A DNA stretch of 64,000 bases from Okamejei kenojei (Eukaryota), in the NCBI GenBank assembly GCA_035221665.1, contig CM069137.1:32240001-32304000 (forward strand), written 5' to 3'. Below the pieces are notes generated by a model. That model saw only the letters and a program-made list of their open reading frames with translations. It did no database searches and had not been told where the DNA came from. Each line of letters opens with the position of its first letter. Within the stretch, counting starts at the first letter, position 1. The translations under genes were made by a program, and so were the position numbers. Below, piece by piece: positions 1 through 10,706 of the stretch.

Positions 1-499
1 ATTGTCACCTTTACTGACGCTAGCTTTTTATTTTAATTTAATGTACCCAGCTGCCACAGTGTGATTCAAATTCAATGACTGCACACCACGAGTCTTGGGT
101 TCTGGATACCAGGCCAGATTATAATTTTAATTGATCGTCAGTTGTGCACCAGCTTGGTCACCATTCTGCACATCCCTGGTCTCATGAGCAAATGAATCTG
201 CAACACGCAGTTCAACAGGAATAACGTCAAATGGCATTTTGCCTTGTTTGGATTCTCACAACCTACTACAGACCCAGTTTGGCAGCTTCAGGAGTCTGTC
301 AGCTTGGTTCACAGTGTCACTTCTAAGTGGCAATTGATAATGGACATTGAAGTTTCCCACACCTTAAGCATATGCTGTGATCTTGCTGCCTTCATTGGTT
401 CTTTCAAGTGGTGTTCAGCATGTAGGAATACTAATTTGTCAGAAGGATGATTCCTTACTCATATTCAACATGATTCCATAAGACTACATAGCCTGGAAT

Positions 500-1847
500 T
501 GTAAGATTTGAGAAGTTTTCCCTCATGCTACAATCAACAAAACCAAAGAGCTGCATTTTGGACATTTTTTATACGGGACTGGGACTGAGAGAGAGAAAAG
601 CTGCGGTCAGTTTTAACAAGGGATGTCACAATTAGTGGGGCCCAAGATGGCCGCGGGACCTCGTGACCAGCCACAAAAGCGAAACCCCACAGCCCAGTCT
701 CTGGGTTTCTGCAAAGTCACAGCCTGAACAATAGATGGATATTGGCCGTGCAGAAACCCCTGAAACCAGGTGGAAGTCCAGACACTGGGGCGCTGACATC
801 AGCAGACATCACAATGCCCCAAGTCGACCTACATAGTTAATCTCGTTAAGGGGAGCACAATAGCCCATAGAAACCTACCTGGCCGGTGATGGGAAAACCA
901 GTTAAACCCATCACCTCTTATCGAGAAACAAATTAACAGACCGTCTAGCCATCACCGGTACTCCCGGACATAACGTAGAACAAAGAGAGAGCTCGAAAAC
1001 CCATCTTGTAAGCAAAGAGATCCCGAGATCTGGCGGGAGATGGGACGGGTCAGGATTAGAATAACTGGCCACGATTTTTGGGTTTAAGAAGGGAAAAAGA
1101 AAAAGGAGGGAGAGACAATAGGAGTCACTGAACGAATCTGGAGACTTGCAGAGAGAGAGAGGACACAGGACAGCGCTTAAAAGTACACGGTGTCTAGTGT
1201 GACACACACTCCGGCTGGAGTCCCCGCCACGTGGAAAGAAAAGGAATGCAGTAGGACCCCTGGGCGAGGTGAACCCCTGGGACCACCCAAAAGACCGAGA
1301 CGACCGCCGACGACCCTTCCACAGCCACCTAATCGGAGGAAGCAGCACGACCAGCCAGTAACTTCAGTAATCGCCCCATGGTGAGCATGTACCCCGATCC
1401 TGCACATCCTGGACATAGTTTAGTGTAGAGGGGAGGGGGTTATATTAACGTGGGTGTAAGTGTACATGTGTTGGCAAATTTTATGATGAGCCGTACATTC
1501 CCCATCCCACATTCGAGTATGGTATCGTAGTTATTGCGTCTATGATCCCGAAACAGGAACTGTAATTATGCATATGCCTTATAGAACTGTGTCAAAGTAT
1601 TCGTGTATCGTAGTCCCAACCGCTAAATAAAAGTTATTTTCCTGTTTAAACCCTGATCTTCAAATCTGGTCTGGTTGAACTTTCTGCACTATCAACGCTC
1701 CTGCAACTAAGTCCAGTGTCCAGAACCGTAGGGGGTGAGTGGGTCGAGCCACTCACGGGGAACCAGTGTGCGCGGCCTGGTTGAGGGACCAGAGCAAACC
1801 ACAGGGACCATAGGTCGGGCGAAAGCTCGATGCAGAAAACCCTTACA
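500..1847 (+). repeat. 5' LTR (1348 bp)
   Basis: Terminal inverted repeats TGTAAG...CTTACA. Followed 5 nt later by the PBS. The first ~375 bp match 8734-9109 at about 95% by eye. AATAAA at 1626-1631. Confidence 0.88.
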
Positions 1848-1851
1848 GATT

Positions 1852-3616
1852 ATGGCGATCACGAAGGGACGCTGGCAGCAGGACAATAGGGTGCCAGAAA
1901 AGGAGTTGAAGACTAGGGACGTAGTGGATGAGCGCATTGCGGACTATGTTTTTAGCAAGGTCAATATTACCAAACAGTGGATTTGTGATTTATTGGAGGA
2001 CAAGCGCCCACTGGATGCAGCGATCCGGTGGACGGCCAACAAAGCCCATAAGAAATCTGTAGAGAAGGCGGTCTGGCTGACATGTTATAAAAAACAGGTA
2101 CTGCTCTTGGACCGCGTGATTGTGGCGCAGGCAGCCCAGATCAGGGACCTTCTTGAGGAGGTAGAAAAGAAGGCCGCGGGTGGGCACCAGTTGATTGAGG
2201 CTCTGGACTCCTTAAACAAGGAGCGCCGGACCGTGACCAACCGCCACGAGGCCAGGGTAGAACCCATGGAGTGCCAGATCACTGAGGCCATGCTCAGTGA
2301 GGGCAAGCTCAGGGAGCAGTGCGCGTCCCTGAGCCGCCAGCTGGAGGCCCAGGAAGAGAACCTCAAGGGAGTTAGGGCAGCCTTCAAAATGGCTTTGGAG
2401 GACAGGTCGGAAGAGGCCGACCACGGGGCCTGCCTGCAGGAGATAGAGGGTCTGCGGAGTGCTTTAAATAAAGCAAGCGGGCTGGTCTACCTAATGAACC
2501 CCCCAGCGAACCAGTCGCTAGCGGTTGTGAAGGTCCCGGTTCCAGCCCTCAGAAAGACCATGGTGGCTTCGGCCCCCAAACTCCACGTCCCCCCTTGCTA
2601 CGAGGCATCCTGGGAAAGGGGTAGTGTAGGGGAGAGAGGCGGGGGAGCTCCCAGTCGAGGACTCGGCACCGGCGCCCATGTGCCCGGTCCTGGAAACCAG
2701 ACGGGGACCCACCGCGCCGAATGGGGACACCGGACCCATTCAAAGCGAGATCGTGGTGCCCCACAACTCCCAGCAGTTAAGGGCCATGATCAGGCATGTA
2801 AAGAAATTGTCCGAATCAGGGGACCTTTCACTGCATTTTAGGGAGGTTGAGCAAACCGCCGCAATCAACGGTTGCGACGAGGGAGAACGGGCAAAAATGT
2901 TGCTGTTCTCCCTGGACAGCTCAATCCTCCAATGCCTCTCAGATGAGAGTAAAAGAGGGACCAGAACCTACGTTTTCTTACGGGACGAGGTCCTGGAAGT
3001 TTTGGGGATGGACGGTGAGGGTCCATTTGCCCGATTGGGGAAGACCCTCCAGATGGAGGGAGAACCCCCAAAGGTTTTTTGTGGCGCGACTGTGGCCAGT
3101 GTATCAGAGCAGCTGCCCGCATGTCCCCGCGCGGGATGACCTGGTCGGGAATGGGAGAGCCCAGTGGCTCCAATGTTTGGTGTCAAACAGCCTGACGGCC
3201 GTCAGGGTAGCAGGCGAAGGCCTGGTTTGATCCCACAAATAGCACGGAGGAGGCGGTTTTGGACCGTCTCACCGTAGGGTATAGAAACACCCGGAGCACG
3301 TCTACCCGATTCGTAAAAGGGAAGGTGCATGTGGCGGACGCTACTGCACCGGCCCAAAAGGAGTGGCGACAGGGGGGTAGCCCTACCGCACAGTCCAAGT
3401 GTTTCAGGTGCGGTAAGGTGGGGCACTGGCGGAAGGATCCACACCAAGGAAGATAGGGTTGGCACCACCCTGCGCGCCGATATCCCAGTCAAGCCCGAGA
3501 TTATCGAATCGATGATCGAGGTGATGCGGTCCCTCATGGCCGCACAGGGGAAGGTGGCAGTCGCTTCCGGCTCCCCGGGTGCGGGGGGAGGGAGGGCACT
3601 GGACATTCCCCAATGA
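1852..3616 (+). pseudogene. gag: gag: N-terminal coiled coil, capsid-like region, zinc knuckle; frameshifted
   Basis: ORFs 1735-2841, 2678-3139, 2847-3230, 3259-3456 and 3329-3616 tile the region. MHR-like QMEGEPPKVF..RL. Knuckle CFRCGKVGHWRKD(P). Ends at TGA 3614-3616. Confidence 0.8.
1853..1870 (+). promoter_or_regulatory. Primer-binding site, tRNA-Arg(UCG)-like
   Basis: TGGCGATCACGAAGGGAC is complementary (one G:U) to the recalled vertebrate tRNA-Arg(UCG) 3' end ...GTCCCTTCGTGGTCG-CCA. Confidence 0.75.
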
Positions 3617-5720
3617 CATCAGCCCGCCTATCTGTGTCCGCTCCACTACGATGCATGCAAGAGGCGGCTTGTGGTGATGGTAGTGGAGAGGCAAAGGGGC
3701 AGTTACCTGGTGGACACGGGGGCTTCATGCCGAAACCCGAAAAAGGCACGGATCGGTCTGTCAGAAGTTAAATTCTTGGGTCTGACCATCCGCGCTGGGG
3801 AAAGGGCCATAGATAAGGCTAGGAGGGAGTCAGTACAGGAGTTGCCGATTCCCTGCACAGTAAGGGGTGTGAGGTCTTTTCTGGGATTGACCGGGTATTG
3901 CAGGGACTTCATCGAGGACTACGCGGCCACCGCAGCCACCGCAGCCCCGCTACTCCGACTCCGACACAAGGGAGTGGAGTGGTCTTGGGATGTGGGTTGC
4001 CTCAAGTTAAAAGGGGATCTGCGAACCGCACCAGCCTTAGGAGCCATAGATAGAGAGAAAGGGTTTTTTCTGGAGGTGGCAGCCAGTGGGGACAGCCTGA
4101 GTGCTGTGCTGCTGCAGGAGGGCACGGCAGGCTGCGACCAGCGGTGTACTCCTCCAGGGTGCTCACCGATGTGGAGAGGAGTTTCTCCAATTGCGAGAGG
4201 CACCTTTTAGCCACGCATTGGGCAGCAAAGCGGTTGTTAATCTTCACAGGGACCTCTCCCATCACTCTCCTCACCCACCACACACCCACCCAGATGCTTC
4301 TGGATGGAAGGATCAAGGTTGGGACTGTCAGCAGCGCCCGCATCGCGAGCTGGACCCTCCTCCTTTCACAGATGGATCTGAAGGTTGAGGGCCTGTGCGA
4401 GCCCAAGCTCGCGGCCAATTTGGTATATCCCGGAATGGCCCATCGGTGTTCCATGGAGGGGGTTTGGGACGTCGACATAGGTTTACGGGCTGGGATCCAT
4501 CCCACAGGCCGGGAGATCTAGGTGGACGGCTCCAGCACGGTGTCAGCTGGCGAACGACTCACGGGGTGTGGAGTTTATGACCCCGAGGCAGGCATTGCCT
4601 TGGCGGTTCAGCTCCCCAGCACCATGAGAGCGCAGCAGGCCGAGCTGTCCACAGTGGCATACGTCGTTACCCACCCAGAGATGTTCCCAACCCCGTACAC
4701 GATCTGCTCGGACAGCATGTTCACCTGCAACTCGTGTACCGAGTACCTGGCCATCTGGTCCCATCGCGGATACACTTCCTCACGGAAGGCTTTTAACAGT
4801 TTAGCCCCTGCTAGAGCAGATCTTGGCCGCAGTAGGGGAGAGAGGGGAGGTCTTCATTCACAAGGTGAAGCCCATTCCGCCACAGAGCAACAGGCGGACG
4901 CCCTGGGGTGGGAGGATAGCAGCGACCAACATCGGGCGGACGCCTGAGGACTGTCCAAGCTCAGGATCCTGTTTTAAAAGCCATCCTCAGAGCGCTTAGT
5001 AAGGGCGAGCAGGTAGAGGGTCTCTACAGAAAGGCGGCCCTCTCCGTAAAAGAAGGCATGCTCTTCCATGCCGAACAGTGGGTTGTGCCAAAGCAGCATA
5101 GGAGGGAGTTGCTCCAGCTGGCACACGAGGGTCCAGGGGCAGGGCACCCCAGACCGGAGGTTACGTGGCAGTGGAAAGAGCAGGCGGGATGGTGGCCGGG
5201 GCTTAGGGACGATGTCCATGAGTTCTGCGCCAGCTGCCTCGTCTGTGCTGCCAATAACCCAGAAAAGGAAAGCGCCCATGGGACACGTCAGGAGAGTGGA
5301 GGGACCTTGGCAGTTGATCCAGATTGACTACATCGGGCCCTTGCCCACCACCCAAGGAGGCTATAAGTACTGCCTCGTCCTGATAGATGTGTTCTCTAAG
5401 TGGGTGGAGGCTTTCCCCTGTAAGACAGCTCCGGCACTGGGTACTGCCAAGATCCTGGTCCGGGAGGTGTTCTCACGGTGGGGGCTCCCTCGGTTTGTGG
5501 AGTCTGACCAAGGGAGTCACTATAGTGAGAGGTAGGAGAGGCAGGAGCGAGAGGTAGGAGAATTAGTAATGGTTCGGAACTACGCTAGCGTAGGTAGTTT
5601 AGAACCACTCTACATTGGGCCCTACAGCGTTGTAGATAGAGCCAGCCCCATGGTCTACGCCGTGAAGATGCCCCGGCGGGTTAAATGGTTTCACATTAAC
5701 CAGTGCAAATCATGTAAGCC
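3617..5720 (+). pseudogene. pol: pol: protease fragment, RT thumb, RNase H-like tether, RNase H, integrase; with deletions
   Basis: YLVDTGAS is fused by a deletion (YxDD core lost) to NPKKARIG..VKFLG..VRSFLGLTGYCRDFI. Then LEVAAS..YSSRVLTDVERSFSNCERHLLA, VDGSS..AQQAEL..SDS, the IN zinc finger H..GH..CASC..C, IDYIGPLP..DVFSKWVEAFP..SDQGSH and GPY. Confidence 0.9.
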
Positions 5721-6393
5721 TGGAGCACAGGGGTCAACCACAGAGGCAGGTCACGCGGGCAGGCAAGGTTGCCTGCGTGAGGGGGGGGGGACATTCTCCA
5801 GGAATGGAGAGTCTCGCGTTTTGGGTGGGATTCAGATGAGGAAGAGCCTGATCAGCTCGACCAGGGGCTGGACCCCATTACGGAGGAGGAGGAGTCGGAG
5901 GGGGACGACAGCAACGTTCTCGACTCAAGCACCAGAAAGGCGGGGGTAGCGGGCGGAGGCTCACCACCTGTAGGTACTGGCAGGGTGAGGCCGGATGCCG
6001 TGAGAATACCCAGCACCGGGGGGGGCAGAGCTGGATGAGGAGGGGCCAGGTTCGGCAGCTGCGGGAGGTACCCGAGCTGTGACATGGCAGGAACCGGTCC
6101 TCAGCCAGGCTGTCCAGGGGGCAGTGTCTAAGGTGACTCTCCGTAGGCCTAATAGGGAACCCCAACCTAGAAAGTTTTTGCCAGAGGTCAATCTCGCCCC
6201 GAGGTACGGGAGTTTAGCGTTTCAGAGGAGGTTTCACCCCCGACAAGCAGCGACAGGCGGCGGAGGGTCAAAGGTGGGGGACAGCGTGGTGCAGCCACAG
6301 GAGACGACCCGCTGCAGCCTTGACATGGATTAGCTGAGCCGCCCTTGGAAGGTGGCACTGTATTATAGTGTAGATAAGGATAAGGATAGGTAA

Positions 6394-8241
6394 TATGGAT
6401 AAGTTTGGGGGAATAGTTTTAGACAAAGTTGATGCGTCCAGGATGCAGATGTGGGGTGCGGGTTGAGGGTCAAGAGGCCCGCCCGCAGAGGCGTTTAACA
6501 AAGCCCAGCGCTCCCCAAGAGGCTGGCTATACCATATTTTATCTGTTTTCTGGAGCGGAAGGAGGCTCCCAGGCTTGTGGGGTCCCCCTTCCCCCGATCC
6601 CGGCAAACGCCACTGAACTCATCACACGACCGCGCACAACCTCTCCCACAGTTCCGCTGGCAGTAGCACAGGAGGGCGAGTGCCCTAAAACCACTAAGGG
6701 GCCCGGGAATGGCCTGGTACTGATACCAACTGACCAGGTATTGTACCGGGGGTGCACTACGCGGTGGCCTCGGTGATCTTAAACCTCACCGAGGTGTGGT
6801 TGCCGGAGTGGTGCCCCAGGGAAACTGAAAGACTGTACCAGGTGCTACTGATTAACATGTTCCGGCAATTTTACGAGTTCGACCTTGCCAGCGTGGACAA
6901 GGAGAGCTTATATCACCAAGAGCCGGAGGACTGGGGTCGGACAGGGAGGCAAAAGAGGGGTGTAGTGAATGATGTGTTTACGGGCTTTAACACCCGGACA
7001 TCTGTGGTCAACGCTTTAGATAACATGGAGCTGCAGACACAGATTAACGGGTTAAAGTCGCAGTTGAAAGGCATCCTCACGGACGGGAACAAGGTCGCCG
7101 GGTCCGAGCTGCACGAGGACCAGGCGATGACACTACACCTGTGCAAGATCATCGCTGAGCTGGAAAGGCATGCCGGCGCAGTGAACGCAATGATTAGGGA
7201 AGATCGGAACGTGTCCGAATCAGGCAGCGCATAAAATGAGGTGTGCGTACTGTACGGGGCGGGATTGCTGGTCGAGGGCCACAGCAACCTCGAGGACCTG
7301 AAACAAGGATCGGTCCCATCCTGGATCAGTAATAAACACCTACAAGCGCTGCTACCCTTCCAGAACACCTCACCCCGTGCCAGCTCAGGTTAGCGTCGGA
7401 GGCGTACCCTGTTCCCGTAGATTGTGGCCAATCAAACCACACAATCATGGGAATAGTGGTGCGGATGCCGTTGTTGGGCAAGACGACAAAGCCCACACCA
7501 GTGTACAGGGTGGAGAGCATTGGAGTCATTCAGGGGGGAGCCCATATTCGCTATGCAGCGGTCCCACCGTACGTCATCCGCTGGGAGCAGTCGATGACGG
7601 GTACTGACCTCTCGGTGTGTCGGAGCCGGGGAGCATATATTATATTGTGTCCTCAGCACTTGAATGTCCTTTTGAAACAGCAGTGCGGGTTCAGGACTGT
7701 TGGCGCGAAGCCTATGAATTGTACCATGGAGGCAATGGCACAGGGCCATGTGCCGCCACAGGTGGCATACATAGGGGGTGGCACCTATTGTGTTACCACT
7801 GCCGCGCAGCACTATCGACACGGGCAGCATGGTTCGTGTCCGGTAAGGGACAGCAGCTTCTGTTTTAAACCCAGGGCAGAGGTTCAAGTGGCACAGCAGC
7901 GAATTGTCCCCATTCCTGAACCCTCCACGGTTCACCTAACTGTACAGAAAAACTTCACCGACCTTCAGCGATTTGTAGCGCATTTCGGGTACGCCATTCC
8001 CCCTCTCCCCGAACATCTCACCACCCTGTTAAAGGCAGTCGCCGTATCACAAAGGCACTTTTACGCCCTGGAGCAAAACACAAGAGAGATAGTGTCCGAG
8101 ATATTGGACATTGTGGTTCCAGCATGGTGGGACCTGGTCACCACTATCGAGGTCCCGTCTTGGGTTAGGATAGCGTCACACGCATTAGTTATTGTACAAG
8201 CAGGAATAGTGTTATATTTACTATGTGTGAAATATAAATGA
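6394..8241 (+). pseudogene. env: env: class I fusion glycoprotein with Mononegavirales F-like layout
   Basis: ORFs 6429-6776, 6752-7234 and 7447-8241. Early furin site RQKR at 6947-6958, followed by a fusion peptide and heptad repeat, a Cys-rich mid-domain (PPYVI..DLSVC..LCP..C..CV), a second heptad and a TM segment (ALVIVQAGIVLYLLCV). Start is approximate. Confidence 0.85.
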
Positions 8242-8733
8242 GGGCAGCGCCTCAATGACCGGATAAATAAAGGAGAATGGAGAGACCGTTACGTGCGGGT
8301 GGGCGAGCAGGATCCAGCCGCAAGCTGCTAGGAGGACAGGCCCCCTCCACACCGAGTGAACTGTGTTTTGCCCATTTCAAAATTTTTTTTTGAAAATTGT
8401 TTTGAAAGAATGCACGAAAATGTATCATTTTGCTGTGGTTTTGTTTTCATGTCCTACATTAAAGCTTACACCAGCAGGAGGATGGCAGAGGCATCGGCCT
8501 GGGGCAAGGTGTAAGTGTATAAGTAGACACAAAATGCAAATGTTAGTAATATAGTTTTGCCCGGGACACGGACAGTATGGGTCAGCCTAAAAGATGGGGA
8601 CTGTATGTTCGTAATGGGGCACTAGTTAGTTAAAACCTCAGGGGTCTGGATGTGGGGAATCGGGAAAACATTGCTCAACCACATAATTTAATTGATTCGA
8701 TAAGCTGGGGTTATGCAAATCAACAGGAGCGAC

Positions 8734-9375
8734 TGTAAGATTTGAGAAGTTTACCCTCATGCAACAATCAACAAAACCAAAGAGCTGCATTTTGGACATT
8801 TTTTTAATACGGGACTGGGACTGAGAGAGAAAAGCTGCAGTCAGTTTTAACAAGGGATGTCACAATCAGTGGGGCCAAAGATGGCCACGGGACCTCATGA
8901 CCAGCCACAAAAGCGAAACCCCACAGCCCAGTTTCTGGGTTTCTGCAAAGTCACGGCCTGAACAATAGGTGGATATTGGCCGTGCAGAAACCCCTGAAAC
9001 CAGGTCAAAGTCCAGACACTGGGGTGCTGACATCAGCAGGCATCACAATGCTCCAAGCCGACCTACATAGTTAATCTCGTTAAGGGAGCACAATAGCCCA
9101 TAGAAACCTGTTAAAGAAGGAACTGCAGATGCTGGAGAATCGAGGGTACACCAAGGGCTGGAGAAACTCAGCGGGTGCAGCAGCATCTAAGGAGCGAAGG
9201 AGATAGGCGACGTTTCGGGTCGAGACCCTTCTTCAGACTCTTCGGGTCGAGACCCTTCTTCAGACCATAGAAGCCTACCTGGCTGGTGATGAGAAAACCA
9301 GTTAAACCCATCACCTCTTATCGAGAAACAAATCCACAGCCACCTAATCAGTAACATGTACCCCGAGATCCTGGT
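8734..9375 (+). repeat. 3' LTR, interrupted and truncated
   Basis: Matches 5' LTR 500-~933, with an insertion at 9110-9264, then short pieces matching ~1319-1335 and ~1387-1398. R/U5 are lost. Confidence 0.85.
9110..9264 (-). mobile_element. Short Penelope pseudo-LTR-derived insertion with tandem hammerhead-like cores
   Basis: Flanked by the 12-bp duplication CCATAGAA(A/G)CCT (9098-9109 and 9265-9276). Minus strand reads CTGAAGA-AGGGTCTCGACCC-GAA twice. Confidence 0.75.
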
Positions 9376-9890
9376 CAAAACACAGATCACATCCAAGAGC
9401 CCCTATCCTTGCTGTTCACTTCAAAGAGACCTCATACACTTAAGAGGGAAAAGGGCTTGGAGAAATACACAAAACAATTGGAAAGCAGAGAACCGTGCAG
9501 TGCACAATCACCAAAAGAGACCGAAAACCTCATGCTATTCACGGCAGAGCAAAATAACAAAGAAGATGTGAACACTGATGGTCTGCATTGGTGGTATCAG
9601 TAGAGCCCACAATTCATTTTCTACTTACTAATTGAAATCGAATTTTCATGAATTCATCAGAAAAGATAATTTAATGAGACACAAAATGACTGTTTCTTTT
9701 ACCTTTCTTGCTGTTTTCATCCCGATCTGTTATTGTGCAAAGTCTGTCCTGGTTTGAAAACAGGTGCATGCAGTGAGCAAATTAACAAGCATCTCTATTT
9801 ACTTCCAGTTTTGAAGTGAGGAGATGGCTGTTTGGGAAGATGGTAAGGAAAGCAAATTATTAATAACTATTATAAATGCTTTAACTTTAA

Positions 9891-10180
9891 GGGTAACATG
9901 GTGGCGCTGCGTTAGTGTTGCTGTCTTACATCGCCAGAGACCCTGGTTCGATCCTGACTACGGGCGCTGACTGTACGGAGTTTGTACATTCTCCGAATAA
10001 TGCATGTGGGTTTTCTCCGGAAGCTCAGGTTTCCTCACACACTCCAAAGACGTACAGGTTTGCAGGCTAAATGGCTTGTTAAATTTGTGAATAAGATAGT
10101 GTTAGTGTGCGGGGAACGCTGGTCGGGGCGGACTCGGTTGGCTGAAGGGCCTGTTTCCATGCTGCATCTCTAAACTAAGC
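9891..10180 (+). mobile_element. tRNA-derived SINE (V-SINE/HE1-like)
   Basis: A box TGGCGCTGCGTTAG, B box GGTTCGATCC, V-domain-like core, CR1-like tail ending CTAAACTAA. Confidence 0.75.
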
Positions 10181-10706
10181 TATTCCAGGTTAAAATAATT
10201 GCTTCTGCCTGCATACAATTGGTATCCCTTCATTCATGCTCATCCACGCACATAATTGTGCAATTACCTAATTGGATCTTTTGTAAGTTGGACAGGTATA
10301 ATCGCATCCAGAATTCTGTTTATCCATAGATGAGCTCTTTGAAATCGTGACATTTCTGCCAGAGCTCATTTTAATTTGCGGGTCTTCACTGATCCCCAAG
10401 AGCCTAATGGCAAACAGTAAAGTTCTAACAGGCAATTACCGATTTGCTATCTCAAGCTTTGAAAACAAAGATTTCCATTTTATGAATCTCTGGGATCCAT
10501 AGGTAATAAAAGCAATTCCACCTTCAAGGAATGTGGAAAAATAAATATTTGTATTGTAGAAGCCTTGAAAAAAATTGCTGAGCAGTCACTTCCCCAGCAG
10601 CCGAATGTCAACACACACAAAGCTTCATAACACTACTGGGACTCTGATTCTCCCATCTTGGAGTTAGATCCAAAGTCTCTTTGAGCATATGCCCTTTCAA
10701 GTGAAA

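Larger units (their letters stand above)
500..9375 (+). mobile_element. Degraded endogenous retrovirus, lokiretrovirus-like (LTR-gag-pol-env-LTR)
   Basis: Direct repeats start TGTAAGATTTGAGAAG at 500 and 8734. PBS at 1853. Gag, PR, RT, RNase H x2, IN and Env motifs occur in order on +, with frameshifts, stops and internal deletions. Confidence 0.9.

Noticed and set aside
495-499. Target-site duplication of the provirus
   Set aside because: The right end of the 3' LTR is deleted, so there is nothing to compare.
911-1416. ORFs inside the LTR as accessory genes
   Set aside because: No recognisable motifs; lengths are compatible with chance in GC-rich DNA.
1735-1830. Known self-cleaving ribozyme in U5
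   Set aside because: Hairpins are present, but I could not find hammerhead, HDV or twister core motifs.
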